Shown: in pieces, positions 46,932 to 55,718 of the stretch
Layout of the letters: each line of letters begins with the position of its first letter
How positions within the stretch are numbered: position 1 is the stretch's first letter
Assembly: GCA_049598575.1 (NCBI GenBank)
Contig: JBMYNT010000003.1
Location: 1,155 to 65,154, forward strand
Length of the DNA stretch: 64,000 nt
Direction: 5' to 3'
Origin: Candidatus Poseidoniaceae archaeon
Lineage (GTDB): Archaea; Thermoplasmatota; Poseidoniia; Poseidoniales; Poseidoniaceae
Position numbers and translations under genes: made by a program
The notes under the pieces: generated by a model
Databases searched by the model: none
What the model saw: only the letters and a program-made list of their open reading frames with translations
What the model was told of the DNA's origin: nothing

Positions 46932-47832
46932 TGAATTGGGTCTCAAGCAGCGTTGGCAACTGTGGCGGAAACGACGTGTTGTCTTCCCTCCAGATGAAAT
47001 TCATCAGGCTGGAGAAAATGCAGAATTGAGATTGGAGAAACTCTGCAGAGCTGCTGGGAAAACAAAGCGATGGTCCGTCTATCCATCCGTACGGATTCCT
47101 GATCCGGATGGTGGCCGTCGTGAAATCGATTTGATTCTTGTTTCAGGTACGACCGTTCTTGTCGTTGAACAGAAACACTGGTCTGGTCGATTCGAAGTGT
47201 TTGAAGATGGAGAATTTCTTCAACACAGAAACAAAGGCGGTGAGCACAGTCATGCGACCGTCGCTCATCGAATTGCTCGTAAAGCGAGATTGCTGGAAGA
47301 AATTCATCGTCAACGATATCCTGACAACGAAATGTCATTTCATGTTCTTGTTGCAATGACACATCCGAGACTGGAGTGGCCGGATAAGATTCCTGACATT
47401 CCAGCTGAAATGGTCAACGAGCGACAATTACTCGATCGAATTCAGTCGATTGGAGGTGAAGAAATCAACTCAGACTTTTTCGAAACGATGGATGGGTTTG
47501 GCACATGGGATGAGATTCACATGCATGGTGGGTTGAAACTCAAGGGCGACCTCCTCGATATCGGCCTTGGAACAGGAGTGGAAGAATGGGATGTTCATCG
47601 AAATGGTGAATTGAAAGCAACAGTTAACCATCCGCGTGGATTCTTTTCCATTTTCAAGGACACAACAAGTCAAATTACACTGAGCGATTCAGGCGGTAGG
47701 CATATCGACATCAAATGCAAAGAAGGCCCGATGTTGAAAATGCATGTCGTTGGACGAACAAGTTCTGAAGAGGTTGATTGGATGCAAATCGATGGCATCC
47801 TCGCTTCAAAGAAACCTGCGGAGTGGGGCTAA
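46915..47832 (+). CDS. NERD (nuclease-related) domain protein
   Basis: REIDLILVSGTTVLVVEQKHWSG matches the NERD core (EIDLvlv…gvfviEvK.w.G). Start at ATG 46915 (MHYSGDE), which overlaps the end of the HAD gene by 17 nt. Confidence 0.55.
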   Translation: MHYSGDELGLKQRWQLWRKRRVVFPPDEIHQAGENAELRLEKLCRAAGKTKRWSVYPSVRIPDPDGGRREIDLILVSGTTVLVVEQKHWSGRFEVFEDGEFLQHRNKGGEHSHATVAHRIARKARLLEEIHRQRYPDNEMSFHVLVAMTHPRLEWPDKIPDIPAEMVNERQLLDRIQSIGGEEINSDFFETMDGFGTWDEIHMHGGLKLKGDLLDIGLGTGVEEWDVHRNGELKATVNHPRGFFSIFKDTTSQITLSDSGGRHIDIKCKEGPMLKMHVVGRTSSEEVDWMQIDGILASKKPAEWG

Positions 47833-48140
47833 TGGCAGCACTTTGGGTCGAGTCGATCGGTCTTGTTGCCGGATTCATTGGTATCGTTGCTTGGATTCCT
47901 CAAATTCGACGTGTCTGGGTCGATGAAAAGGAGGAGGGGATCTCTCTCCCAACCTTCATTGCCGTGACGGCTTCACTTTCGCTATGGCTTGTTTATGGAA
48001 TCATTGTCAATTCCATTGCCATGATCGTATCGAACATACTGACGCTTGCGTTCATCATTGCGATAACGCTTGGCGTCTATCGAATACGCAACAAACGATC
48101 CGAAGAGGAACTTAGCAAACCGACTTCGTCGTCTCAATGA
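47833..48140 (+). CDS. SemiSWEET / PQ-loop family small sugar transporter (3 TM)
   Basis: About 100 aa with three TM helices. PQ motif in TM1 (VAWIPQIRRVW); conserved …LWLVYG… in TM2 and N-containing TM3 (VSNILTLAF). Confidence 0.55.
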
Positions 48141-49170
48141 TAACGGCACCAATCTTGTATGGGTCGCCATTGGAAGCAGGTCGTCGATCTTCAAGACGTC
48201 CGACCCAACCATCGGTTGGAACAGATGCAGGAACTCGAATCGATGCTCCACGGTCGGAGACGCCGTATGAGAACTGGTCAATCGCTTGTGTCTCGTGCAA
48301 TCCGGTCAAGCGCTCTTCGTTGTGTGCACCGTAGACAGACATGTGCTTCTCGATGTTGCGGCCGAATGCTTCACAAATGCTGTCAAACAATTCCTTGCCA
48401 CCCTTGTCACGCATGGCTCCATTGGAGAAGTTCGCGTGCATTCCTGAACCATTCCAGTCGCCCTTGATTGGTTTTGGATGGTATTCGATGTAGTAGCCGT
48501 AGCTTTCTGTAAGTCGATCGAGCATGTAGCGAGCAACCCAAAGTTCGTCACCAGCTTGCTTTGCACCCTTAGCGAAGATTTGGAATTCCCACTGACCGCA
48601 TGCAACTTCTTGGTTGATTCCTTCAAAGTTGAGGCCAGCCTCGAGGCATAGATCTGCGTGCTCTTCAACGAGTGATCGGCCGTGTGTGTTCTTACCACCG
48701 ACGGAACAGTAGTAGAGTCCTTGTGGACCTGGGTAACCGCCAACTGGGAAACCAAGTGGCAGTTGTGTGTCAACATCCATGATGAAGTATTCCTGCTCAA
48801 ATCCAAACCAGAAATCATCGTCGTCATCATCGATTGTTGCTCGGCCGTTGCTTGGGTGAGGAGTGCCATCTGGGTTGAGAACTTCGCACATGACGAGGTA
48901 GCCGTTGACACGTTGTGGATCGGGGAAGATGTTCACAGGCTTGAGAAGGCAGTCGGATGAACTGCCATCTGCTTGCTTGGTTGAGGAACCGTCAAACATC
49001 CAAATTGGACATTCTTCCAGTGTTCCAGTAAAGTTCGAACGAACCATTGTTTTGCTACGCATGTTTTGCGTTGGTTCATATCCATCTAGCCAAATATACT
49101 CAAGTTTTGCTTTATCACTCATGGTATCAGACGCCCCGCTGTGAGGGCGGTATATGAACCATTTGCCCAT
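48112..49170 (-). CDS. glnII: Glutamine synthetase type II (eukaryote/GSII-like)
   Basis: About 340-350 aa (GSII size rather than the 450+ aa of GSI). Motifs EYIWLDG…MRSKT, FGFEQEY, and NGSGMHANFS with an ATP-binding region. Alternative start at MSDKAK (49122). Confidence 0.8.
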   Translation of the reverse strand: MGKWFIYRPHSGASDTMSDKAKLEYIWLDGYEPTQNMRSKTMVRSNFTGTLEECPIWMFDGSSTKQADGSSSDCLLKPVNIFPDPQRVNGYLVMCEVLNPDGTPHPSNGRATIDDDDDDFWFGFEQEYFIMDVDTQLPLGFPVGGYPGPQGLYYCSVGGKNTHGRSLVEEHADLCLEAGLNFEGINQEVACGQWEFQIFAKGAKQAGDELWVARYMLDRLTESYGYYIEYHPKPIKGDWNGSGMHANFSNGAMRDKGGKELFDSICEAFGRNIEKHMSVYGAHNEERLTGLHETQAIDQFSYGVSDRGASIRVPASVPTDGWVGRLEDRRPASNGDPYKIGAVIIETTKSVC

Positions 49171-49331
49171 TATTCTTGAGAAAAAATGTCATTATTGAGC
49201 AATAAATTTGTATTTTTCTTATCAAACGAGGATTTTGAGCAGATTATGATAGTCCTCATTTAACCAATTGCGCGAAAAAGTAACTTGAAATTTAGCAAAC
49301 GCCCAAATTATCACATCCCATATGAGAAGCG

Positions 49332-51149
49332 TCACTGATTGTTCGCCGCTTCGTCTGATTGTGGGGTGATGAGAACATCGTCCGAGGAGCGTTCAATGAC
49401 CGGTAGTTCTGCAACCGATAGTGAAGGTAGTACGTGGACCGTGCAGGTATTACCGCATGCAGGTGCTAGGTAATCCTCTCCTTGATCGCTCAGAACGAAT
49501 CGTATACCGTGCCCTGCTGGCAAGAGTGCGTCAATCGCTTGAAACTCCATTAGCATGGTAATTTCTTGGCCGGGTACAACGGTTTGCGCCTCATATCCGC
49601 CAGCATGGTAGCGTACATCCATCGTTGCATGACCGAGTCGCAGTCCAGTCTCAGCGTCTTGCATCTCAACAAAGATTTGCCCACCATCAAAGGTCGGAAC
49701 TGCTGACAGATGGATTGTTGCTAAACCGGCGATGTGGAGATCATCGGTTTCGCTTAATGCCGAACATTCCACAGTCAACGATTGTCCTCCTCCAACAACG
49801 GGAGCGCCTCCACCAACGAATGCTCCATCGTTGGTGCAATCGCTCAAATCGAGTTGTAAACGCTCGACATCAGCAGGTGGCCAAGTCTCTTCAATTCTCC
49901 ATTGGCCATCGTTTCGCTGAACTTGGGCATGCAATGCTGGCTTCTCACCGACACCTTTCAGATAGTACTCCATCCATTCAAACAAGTCTTGGCCCCAGTC
50001 CCAGCGTGTCATGTTCTGAATTGCTTCGCCGCCGTAACCAGAATCCTGAGCGTTGTGTTTGGTCCATTGGTCAGGATAATTGTGCTCCCATTGACCGATC
50101 ATTCCAGCAACGTCGTATCCATTGTCAATGTACTCCTGATACCAGTTGACACCAGGTGGTCCACCAAAGACCATGTGAGGATCAACGTTCCAATCCTGAA
50201 GACCCTGAACCCAGTAGATGCTTCCATTGTACTTGCCCAATGCCTTGTCGATGTGGCTTCGTTCATCGTAGTAATTATCCATGTAAGGGTCGAGTTCGCC
50301 AAGCCCATAACGCGTTGGCCCTGCGAGGAATCCTTCAACGACGTCACTGCACAGGTTGTCTAGATCGTCACCATCGTAATCGAGAATCGACCCTCCGTAA
50401 TTCGAGTGCATCACCTGGCTTCGTGCTTCTGCGCTACCATTCTTGTAGAGAAGTGGTCCAAGAGCAGTTGTACCCGATATTGGAACGATGGTTTTCAGAT
50501 ACTGGCTGCCTTGTGCAGCAGCTTCCCATGCAGTTGCACCTTCGTAGGATTTTCCATAAATAGCGACATGGCCATTGCTCCAATTCTGAGTTCCTAGCCA
50601 TTCGACGGCCATGTGGATGCCAAGTCCTTCACCATCGCCACGATAGTCGAAACATCCTGTGCTCTCTTCGGTTGCGAACACGGCCACCTGTGCAAGAGCA
50701 TAGCCATGCGGTACGAAATTGTCGTAAATGAATTCGCCGCGACCAGCGCTAACTACGTTGGTTGGTGATGATTGGCTTCCCGGAGACCCGTAATCGAAAT
50801 ATGGGCTCACGACTGCTATGACTGGGACTTGTTCGCCTCCTTGCGTGTTTGATGGCAACCAGTACGAAAGGTGCACTTCAGCGGTATTCGGACCGCCTTC
50901 CCAAGTACCAGATGTATCAACCTCGATGTTCACTTCTTGAACGGGAAGTGGTTCGTATGGTCCATCCTCAAGCACCCGAGAATAGGAACCTGTCCAATTC
51001 CATTCGAGCGTATGGCGTTCGTAGATGTCTGGGTATGTTTCAACGACCTTCTCTTCCGAGGATGGGGTTGAATTTCCAAAGCATCCTGAGAGCGTCATGC
51101 TGAGCATCATTGTTACGAGAAGAACGGTCAGTCCACTCCTTCTCGCCAT
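49332..51149 (-). CDS. Secreted CocE/NonD (peptidase S15 / X-Pro dipeptidyl-peptidase-like) alpha/beta hydrolase, probable lipoprotein
   Basis: Signal peptide plus lipobox-like LTVLLVTMMLSMTLSGC. Nucleophile elbow VAIYGKSYEGA (GxSYxG) after a roughly 140-aa N-terminal region, with a large C-terminal beta-sandwich-like domain. Start set at MARRSG. Confidence 0.55.
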   Translation of the reverse strand: MARRSGLTVLLVTMMLSMTLSGCFGNSTPSSEEKVVETYPDIYERHTLEWNWTGSYSRVLEDGPYEPLPVQEVNIEVDTSGTWEGGPNTAEVHLSYWLPSNTQGGEQVPVIAVVSPYFDYGSPGSQSSPTNVVSAGRGEFIYDNFVPHGYALAQVAVFATEESTGCFDYRGDGEGLGIHMAVEWLGTQNWSNGHVAIYGKSYEGATAWEAAAQGSQYLKTIVPISGTTALGPLLYKNGSAEARSQVMHSNYGGSILDYDGDDLDNLCSDVVEGFLAGPTRYGLGELDPYMDNYYDERSHIDKALGKYNGSIYWVQGLQDWNVDPHMVFGGPPGVNWYQEYIDNGYDVAGMIGQWEHNYPDQWTKHNAQDSGYGGEAIQNMTRWDWGQDLFEWMEYYLKGVGEKPALHAQVQRNDGQWRIEETWPPADVERLQLDLSDCTNDGAFVGGGAPVVGGGQSLTVECSALSETDDLHIAGLATIHLSAVPTFDGGQIFVEMQDAETGLRLGHATMDVRYHAGGYEAQTVVPGQEITMLMEFQAIDALLPAGHGIRFVLSDQGEDYLAPACGNTCTVHVLPSLSVAELPVIERSSDDVLITPQSDEAANNQ

Positions 51150-51280
51150 GTTCGACCCTCGATGAGGTGACATAAACGGTTTGCGTCTTTTCCGCAAACT
51201 ATGATTGGTGGCAATGCTTGGGGTAAAGCATGGAGGTAAGTGATGCATGGGGTGTTCGTTGGGATGACTCAACCTTGCCC

Positions 51281-52024
51281 ATGGCAAAAACGTTCATGGA
51301 AGTCGCTTGGCGAAAACAGAGCTTGGTTTGCCTCGCCGCTGATCGATACACAATGGCTGAGTTGTTCGAGTTGCTCGAATCCGTAGGCGCTTCCATTGCA
51401 GCATTGAAAACGCACGTCGACCTCATCGATGATTGGAATATGGAAGAATGGAAGCGTTTCTGTGAACGTGCCCAAGCATTGGACCTCCTTATCTTTGAAG
51501 ACAGAAAATTTGCAGACATCGGGAAAATTTCCCGGAAGCAAATGGGTGGAATCTACAACATCAAAGAGTGGAGTGACCTTGTGACAGCCCACCTCATTAG
51601 TGGACCAGATATTGTCGACGGGTTGCAAGCAGCATGGAGTGAGGCATCAAGAGAAGGTGGTGTTCTATTGCTCGCACAAATGTCCAGTCGTGGCAATCTT
51701 CTCAATCCCGAGTACACTTCAACGGTTGTCGAAGCAGGACGAGTCCATCCAGGAGTGTTTGGCTTTATTGGAAACGGATCCAATCCTAATTCTGTACGTG
51801 AATTGCGTTCGAAGGTTGGCGAAGGCAAGATGATCTGGACGCCCGGAGTCAACCTTGCGACTGGTGATGGAGAAATGGGTCAACGATACGGCGATCCATA
51901 CGAAGCGGTCATGGCTGGTTCGGATTGCATCATCGTTGGGTCCGGAATTCATGGGTCGAGTGACCCCGCTGCTGCAGCAGCAGCATATGCAAAAGCTTCC
52001 TGGAAAGCATTACTGGAGCGGTGA
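51281..52024 (+). CDS. pyrF: Orotidine 5'-phosphate decarboxylase (eukaryote-like URA3-type)
   Basis: LVCLAADRYTMAELFELLE…IAALKTHVDLIDDW and the hallmark FEDRKFADIG. About 250 aa. Start set at MAKTF; the ORF as computed begins at 51230. Confidence 0.8.
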   Translation: MAKTFMEVAWRKQSLVCLAADRYTMAELFELLESVGASIAALKTHVDLIDDWNMEEWKRFCERAQALDLLIFEDRKFADIGKISRKQMGGIYNIKEWSDLVTAHLISGPDIVDGLQAAWSEASREGGVLLLAQMSSRGNLLNPEYTSTVVEAGRVHPGVFGFIGNGSNPNSVRELRSKVGEGKMIWTPGVNLATGDGEMGQRYGDPYEAVMAGSDCIIVGSGIHGSSDPAAAAAAYAKASWKALLER

Positions 52025-52287
52025 ACGTGGAGGCCTTTCTGTTTCTGGTAGGCCTTTTCCTGTTTGTAGGTTTGCTCGCACTGTTGTACTGGGGCTATTG
52101 GAATGCCCGTAAATTGGACCGTCAAATCATGCAGGGCGATCCTTCACTTCTTACAACAAGCACCTACCAGCGTGAGCAAGTCATCCAAGCGCCTCATGGC
52201 TCAACCATCATGGAAGGACAAATCGTTCAGTTGCCTGGCCAGTACGTTCAGCCGATTCAGGTTCATCACAATCAATTACAACAGTGA
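52021..52287 (+). CDS. Hypothetical small membrane protein (1 TM)
   Basis: N-terminal TM FLFLVGLFLFVGLLALLYW followed by a Q-rich tail. Weak call. Confidence 0.3.
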   Translation: MNVEAFLFLVGLFLFVGLLALLYWGYWNARKLDRQIMQGDPSLLTTSTYQREQVIQAPHGSTIMEGQIVQLPGQYVQPIQVHHNQLQQ

Positions 52288-52941
52288 ATCAAGGTATCCT
52301 TGCTGGTAAGCAATACCAGCACCAAGACCAATGAGAACGAGCAACAACAGAAGTTTTCTGCCACGTTTTTTCGGACGAGCAACATCGACAACTTCTGGTT
52401 CGATTGCGGGTAATTCTGCAATTGGAGGAAGAACTTCGAGTGGGGGGAGTTCGGCAAGAGGGGGAAGTTGAATTTCGTCCGGTTGTGGCTTGATACGATC
52501 CTCGGGATACAATTCATCAAGGTCTTCAAGACCTGGAGCTTCGGGAATCGGCCCGAGAACTTGGTCCCAGATTTCATCCAATTGTGCTTGACTAACTGGT
52601 TTGGCAAGCCAGCCTACGGCTCCGGCTGAGTATGTCGCATGAACGGCTAATTCCTGAAGGCGATTTGGAGCGATAAAGAGAATACGTGAGTCACCTCCAT
52701 GCTCGCGCATTTCCAAGGCTGCAAGATGGCCATCCAATGAGGGAATGTCCAGGGACATAACCACGAGCTCCGGATCGATCTTGATGTATTCGTCAACAGC
52801 AAGGTCTCCATCTTCGCAGACTTGTGTCGCAAATCCTCGTTTCTTGAACACTTCACGCAAGCGCATAATCGACATCTGATTGTTGTCAACAATCAACACA
52901 GTCGGTGCTTCATCCGAGGAGACTTCACTGACGTAAGACAT
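52276..52941 (-). CDS. Stand-alone response-regulator receiver (REC) domain protein with Pro-rich repeat linker and C-terminal TM anchor
   Basis: REC motifs VLIVDNN, phospho-acceptor context VVMSLDIPSLDG, and AxK-like LAKP. LPP(L/I)AELP repeats follow. C-terminal KKRGRKLLLLLVLIGLGAGIAY TM segment. Confidence 0.6.
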   Translation of the reverse strand: MSYVSEVSSDEAPTVLIVDNNQMSIMRLREVFKKRGFATQVCEDGDLAVDEYIKIDPELVVMSLDIPSLDGHLAALEMREHGGDSRILFIAPNRLQELAVHATYSAGAVGWLAKPVSQAQLDEIWDQVLGPIPEAPGLEDLDELYPEDRIKPQPDEIQLPPLAELPPLEVLPPIAELPAIEPEVVDVARPKKRGRKLLLLLVLIGLGAGIAYQQGYLDSLL

Positions 52942-53005
52942 TGCGACCAAATCCACTGAAACAATCCTTGCTCATCAATCAACCGATGAAATGAATGGAA
53001 TTCGG

Positions 53006-53362
53006 TCATTCTTCGCTTGAAACATCTTCAACCGGGCCTTCTCGAGGATTTTCAAAGGTTTGGCGGACGTTTTCCATGTTCGCCTCTTCCTCTTCCATAC
53101 GCTTCTTGCGTTTTGGTGCTTGCATGAATTGCATCTGTAGTTCGCTGATGACGCCTTTCAACATCGCGTCGGCAGATGCATCAAGATTTCCTTTGGTTTT
53201 GTTTTGCAGCATCCGAAGAATATCGATGATGTCCTTGGCCTCCGAGAAATTGAATTGGAGGCCACCGGCAGGATGTTCCAAGAGTCCGAGATTGGCCATA
53301 GCAGAGCGTTGAAACATGTGAACGACGGTAAAGAACGTCTCAGTTTCTTTGTCCTCGAACAT
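53006..53362 (-). CDS. Conserved hypothetical small acidic protein
   Basis: 118 aa, helical and acidic. No confident family assignment. Confidence 0.3.
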   Translation of the reverse strand: MFEDKETETFFTVVHMFQRSAMANLGLLEHPAGGLQFNFSEAKDIIDILRMLQNKTKGNLDASADAMLKGVISELQMQFMQAPKRKKRMEEEEANMENVRQTFENPREGPVEDVSSEE

Positions 53363-53371
53363 GATTCACCC

Positions 53372-54736
53372 TCACGAAAACATCTCATCCAACAACCAAT
53401 CGGGATTGAACTGTAGGAGATCGTCGTACCCCTGACCTACGCCGGCGAAGACGATTGGTCGTCCGGTTGCAAAAGCGATTGAGAGGCCTGCGCCGCCCTT
53501 CGCATCCGTATCCATTTTGGAAAGAACTGCTCCATCAAAACGCATCATCTCTTGAAACATCTTTGCTTGATCGACTGCATCGTTGCCTGCAAGGGCATCG
53601 CCTACAAAGAGAACAAGGTGTGGATTGGCAACTCTTCGGACCTTTTCAAGTTCCTTCATGAGGTTGGTCTTGTTCTGCATTCTTCCTGCTGTATCGACCA
53701 AAACAACGTCGATGTTCTTGGCCTTTGCCGATTCAATCGCATCGCGAGCAATGGCTGCGGCATCGCCCCCACGCTGACTCGAAATGCATCGAATTCCCAA
53801 GTTCTCGCAATGCGATTCAAGTTGTTGAATCGCTCCGGCTCGGAATGTATCGCCTGCTGCTGCAATAACGGAGTGGCCATTCGACTGCAATCTGTTTGCA
53901 ATTTTCGCAGCGGTGGTTGTTTTACCAGTCCCATTGACACCTACGAGCATGACAACAACTGGCGCGTCACCCTGGTCCAAGTAAGATTGAACGGAAGCAT
54001 CGAAATCCCAATATCCTGCTGAAAGGAGATTACGAAGTGCACGCTTGAGAGCAGCTTCGAGAACTTTGGCAAGTTCCGCCCCACGTCGCAATCGTGCCCC
54101 AACGAGACTTTTACGCAATGCAGCGAGAACTGATGTAACTGCTTCACTCGAGATATCCGACTCGAGGAGCATCCATTCAAGTTCTTCAAGGAGGTCGTCG
54201 AGAACTTTTCCCGCCTTGATGACTCGGCCACCTTGCTCAACAATTCCTCCACCGAGGTCGATGGAGACTGAGCCGGCTTCCGTTTCAATGTCTGTGCTCT
54301 TTGATGAGCCTCGAGGAGCGGCTTTCACTTCCACGAGTTGTCGACCTGTTGTCGTCCGCATCATCGAAAGGTCGACTTTCGAACCCTTCGGTTTTGCAAT
54401 GGTTGTCGCTTTTCGCCGCTTCAATTCCTTTGCTCGCTGCTTTTCCATCTTCTCAAGCCGCTTGCGCTCTTTCTTTGTAAGTGTTACAGGTAGAGCGATG
54501 TCATCGTCTTCATCGTCCCAATCATCCCAGTCGTCATCCGAGGATTCAGCAACTGGTTCTTCGAATTGTTTCTCTTCGATTTCAGGTACATCCTCTTCCC
54601 AATCTTCCTCAACATGTTTGGACGATTCGAGGGCTGCTGCGCCTTCTTCTGAATCTTCCATGGCAGTGAGCGCGTCAGAGTCGACATCTTCGGCGACCTC
54701 TTTGACGCGCTTCTTGAATCGATCGAAGAGGCCCAT
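53372..54736 (-). CDS. ftsY: Signal recognition particle receptor FtsY
   Basis: NG domain motifs: G1 LVGVNGTGKTTT, G3 DTAGR, G4 SKMD, and a closing GxGQ motif. Acidic N-terminal A-domain. Confidence 0.9.
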   Translation of the reverse strand: MGLFDRFKKRVKEVAEDVDSDALTAMEDSEEGAAALESSKHVEEDWEEDVPEIEEKQFEEPVAESSDDDWDDWDDEDDDIALPVTLTKKERKRLEKMEKQRAKELKRRKATTIAKPKGSKVDLSMMRTTTGRQLVEVKAAPRGSSKSTDIETEAGSVSIDLGGGIVEQGGRVIKAGKVLDDLLEELEWMLLESDISSEAVTSVLAALRKSLVGARLRRGAELAKVLEAALKRALRNLLSAGYWDFDASVQSYLDQGDAPVVVMLVGVNGTGKTTTAAKIANRLQSNGHSVIAAAGDTFRAGAIQQLESHCENLGIRCISSQRGGDAAAIARDAIESAKAKNIDVVLVDTAGRMQNKTNLMKELEKVRRVANPHLVLFVGDALAGNDAVDQAKMFQEMMRFDGAVLSKMDTDAKGGAGLSIAFATGRPIVFAGVGQGYDDLLQFNPDWLLDEMFS

Positions 54737-54744
54737 GTTCTCAC

Positions 54745-55293
54745 CTAATCATCCAAGGTTAGTTCGTTACCAAACATACCGCCTCTGCGACGCTTGGGCT
54801 TCGAGACTGGTGTCTCTGCTGCTTCTGGCTGCGTTTCGGTTTCGATGACAGTTGTGGATGGCTCAGGTTGAGTTTGTACTTCTGCTGCTGCAGTAAAGGT
54901 TTGAGCCAATGTAGCAATGGTTGATTCAAGTTGCTGGCTTTGCGATTGAAGGCTTTCGAGGAGTGTTCCCAATTCTTCCATTCGTTCTCGAGTAAGTGAT
55001 GCCGCATCCGACCAAGTTCGTTCACCGAAGATACCGCTTCCGAGATCGACGATGGTGGTTCCTTCTCCGCCACCAGGATGTTGACAAGTGAGCGTTACAC
55101 CGGCTCCAATGGAGACGTGCATTTTCATCTCTGAATCATGATCTTTTTTCGACAATGTTTCGAGGATTGTTGCGGTTACGTCGTGTTCGCCGAGAACATT
55201 GATCACCTGTTCGATTCGCTCTTGAACTTCATGAAACCGTTCACGATTCATTTCAACGAGTCGTGCTGTTCGTTGAAGTTCAGATTGTTCCAC
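54745..55293 (-). CDS. pfdA: Prefoldin alpha subunit
   Basis: Coiled-coil / beta-hairpin / coiled-coil layout with HVSIGAGVTLTC and VDLGSGIFGERTW hairpins. Sits in the conserved rplX-pfdA-ftsY neighbourhood. Confidence 0.7.
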   Translation of the reverse strand: MEQSELQRTARLVEMNRERFHEVQERIEQVINVLGEHDVTATILETLSKKDHDSEMKMHVSIGAGVTLTCQHPGGGEGTTIVDLGSGIFGERTWSDAASLTRERMEELGTLLESLQSQSQQLESTIATLAQTFTAAAEVQTQPEPSTTVIETETQPEAAETPVSKPKRRRGGMFGNELTLDD

Positions 55294-55349
55294 AAGACCG
55301 CCTCAACAACGCCTGTGGTGCGACCTTCATGAATGCGGCGATGCTACAA

Positions 55350-55622
55350 TCACTCTTCTTCGGCCACTGGGGCAATGGTGCCGCCAGCAGCTGCGATTTC
55401 TTCACGGAAGTGATGAAGAACGCTTGGCTCGGATGAGGTTCGTGGATCGATTTCGTTGACGGAAGCGATGTTGATTGAACGGCGATTGGCCTTGTGACGC
55501 GAGCCGATAATCGAGTATACACGGTGCTCAGCATCGGCTTTGGAGGATGCTACAACATCGAGCGAGAATTTCTGTCGGAGACGACCGAACGGGGCTTGTC
55601 CATCAACACGGAAGGCCTTCAT
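55350..55622 (-). CDS. rplX: Ribosomal protein L18Ae/LX
   Basis: MKAFRVDGQ…EHRVYSIIGSRHKANRRSINIASVNEIDP closely matches the archaeal LX consensus (KVFRVKG … YSELGSKHRV.RS.V.I..IEEIDP). The ORF as computed has a 32-codon N-terminal extension. Confidence 0.7.
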   Translation of the reverse strand: MKAFRVDGQAPFGRLRQKFSLDVVASSKADAEHRVYSIIGSRHKANRRSINIASVNEIDPRTSSEPSVLHHFREEIAAAGGTIAPVAEEE

Positions 55623-55718
55623 GAATCCAAGGCGACTCGTTTCTTGATTTAAACGCGATGGTTGAGAGTTGGCGGGTGCATCGCGTGTTTCATCAACGTG
55701 GAAGAATAGCACAAACAC

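Noticed and set aside
53372-55622. rplX-pfdA-ftsY cluster as something unusual
   Set aside because: This gene order is a well-known conserved archaeal neighbourhood and is ordinary housekeeping.
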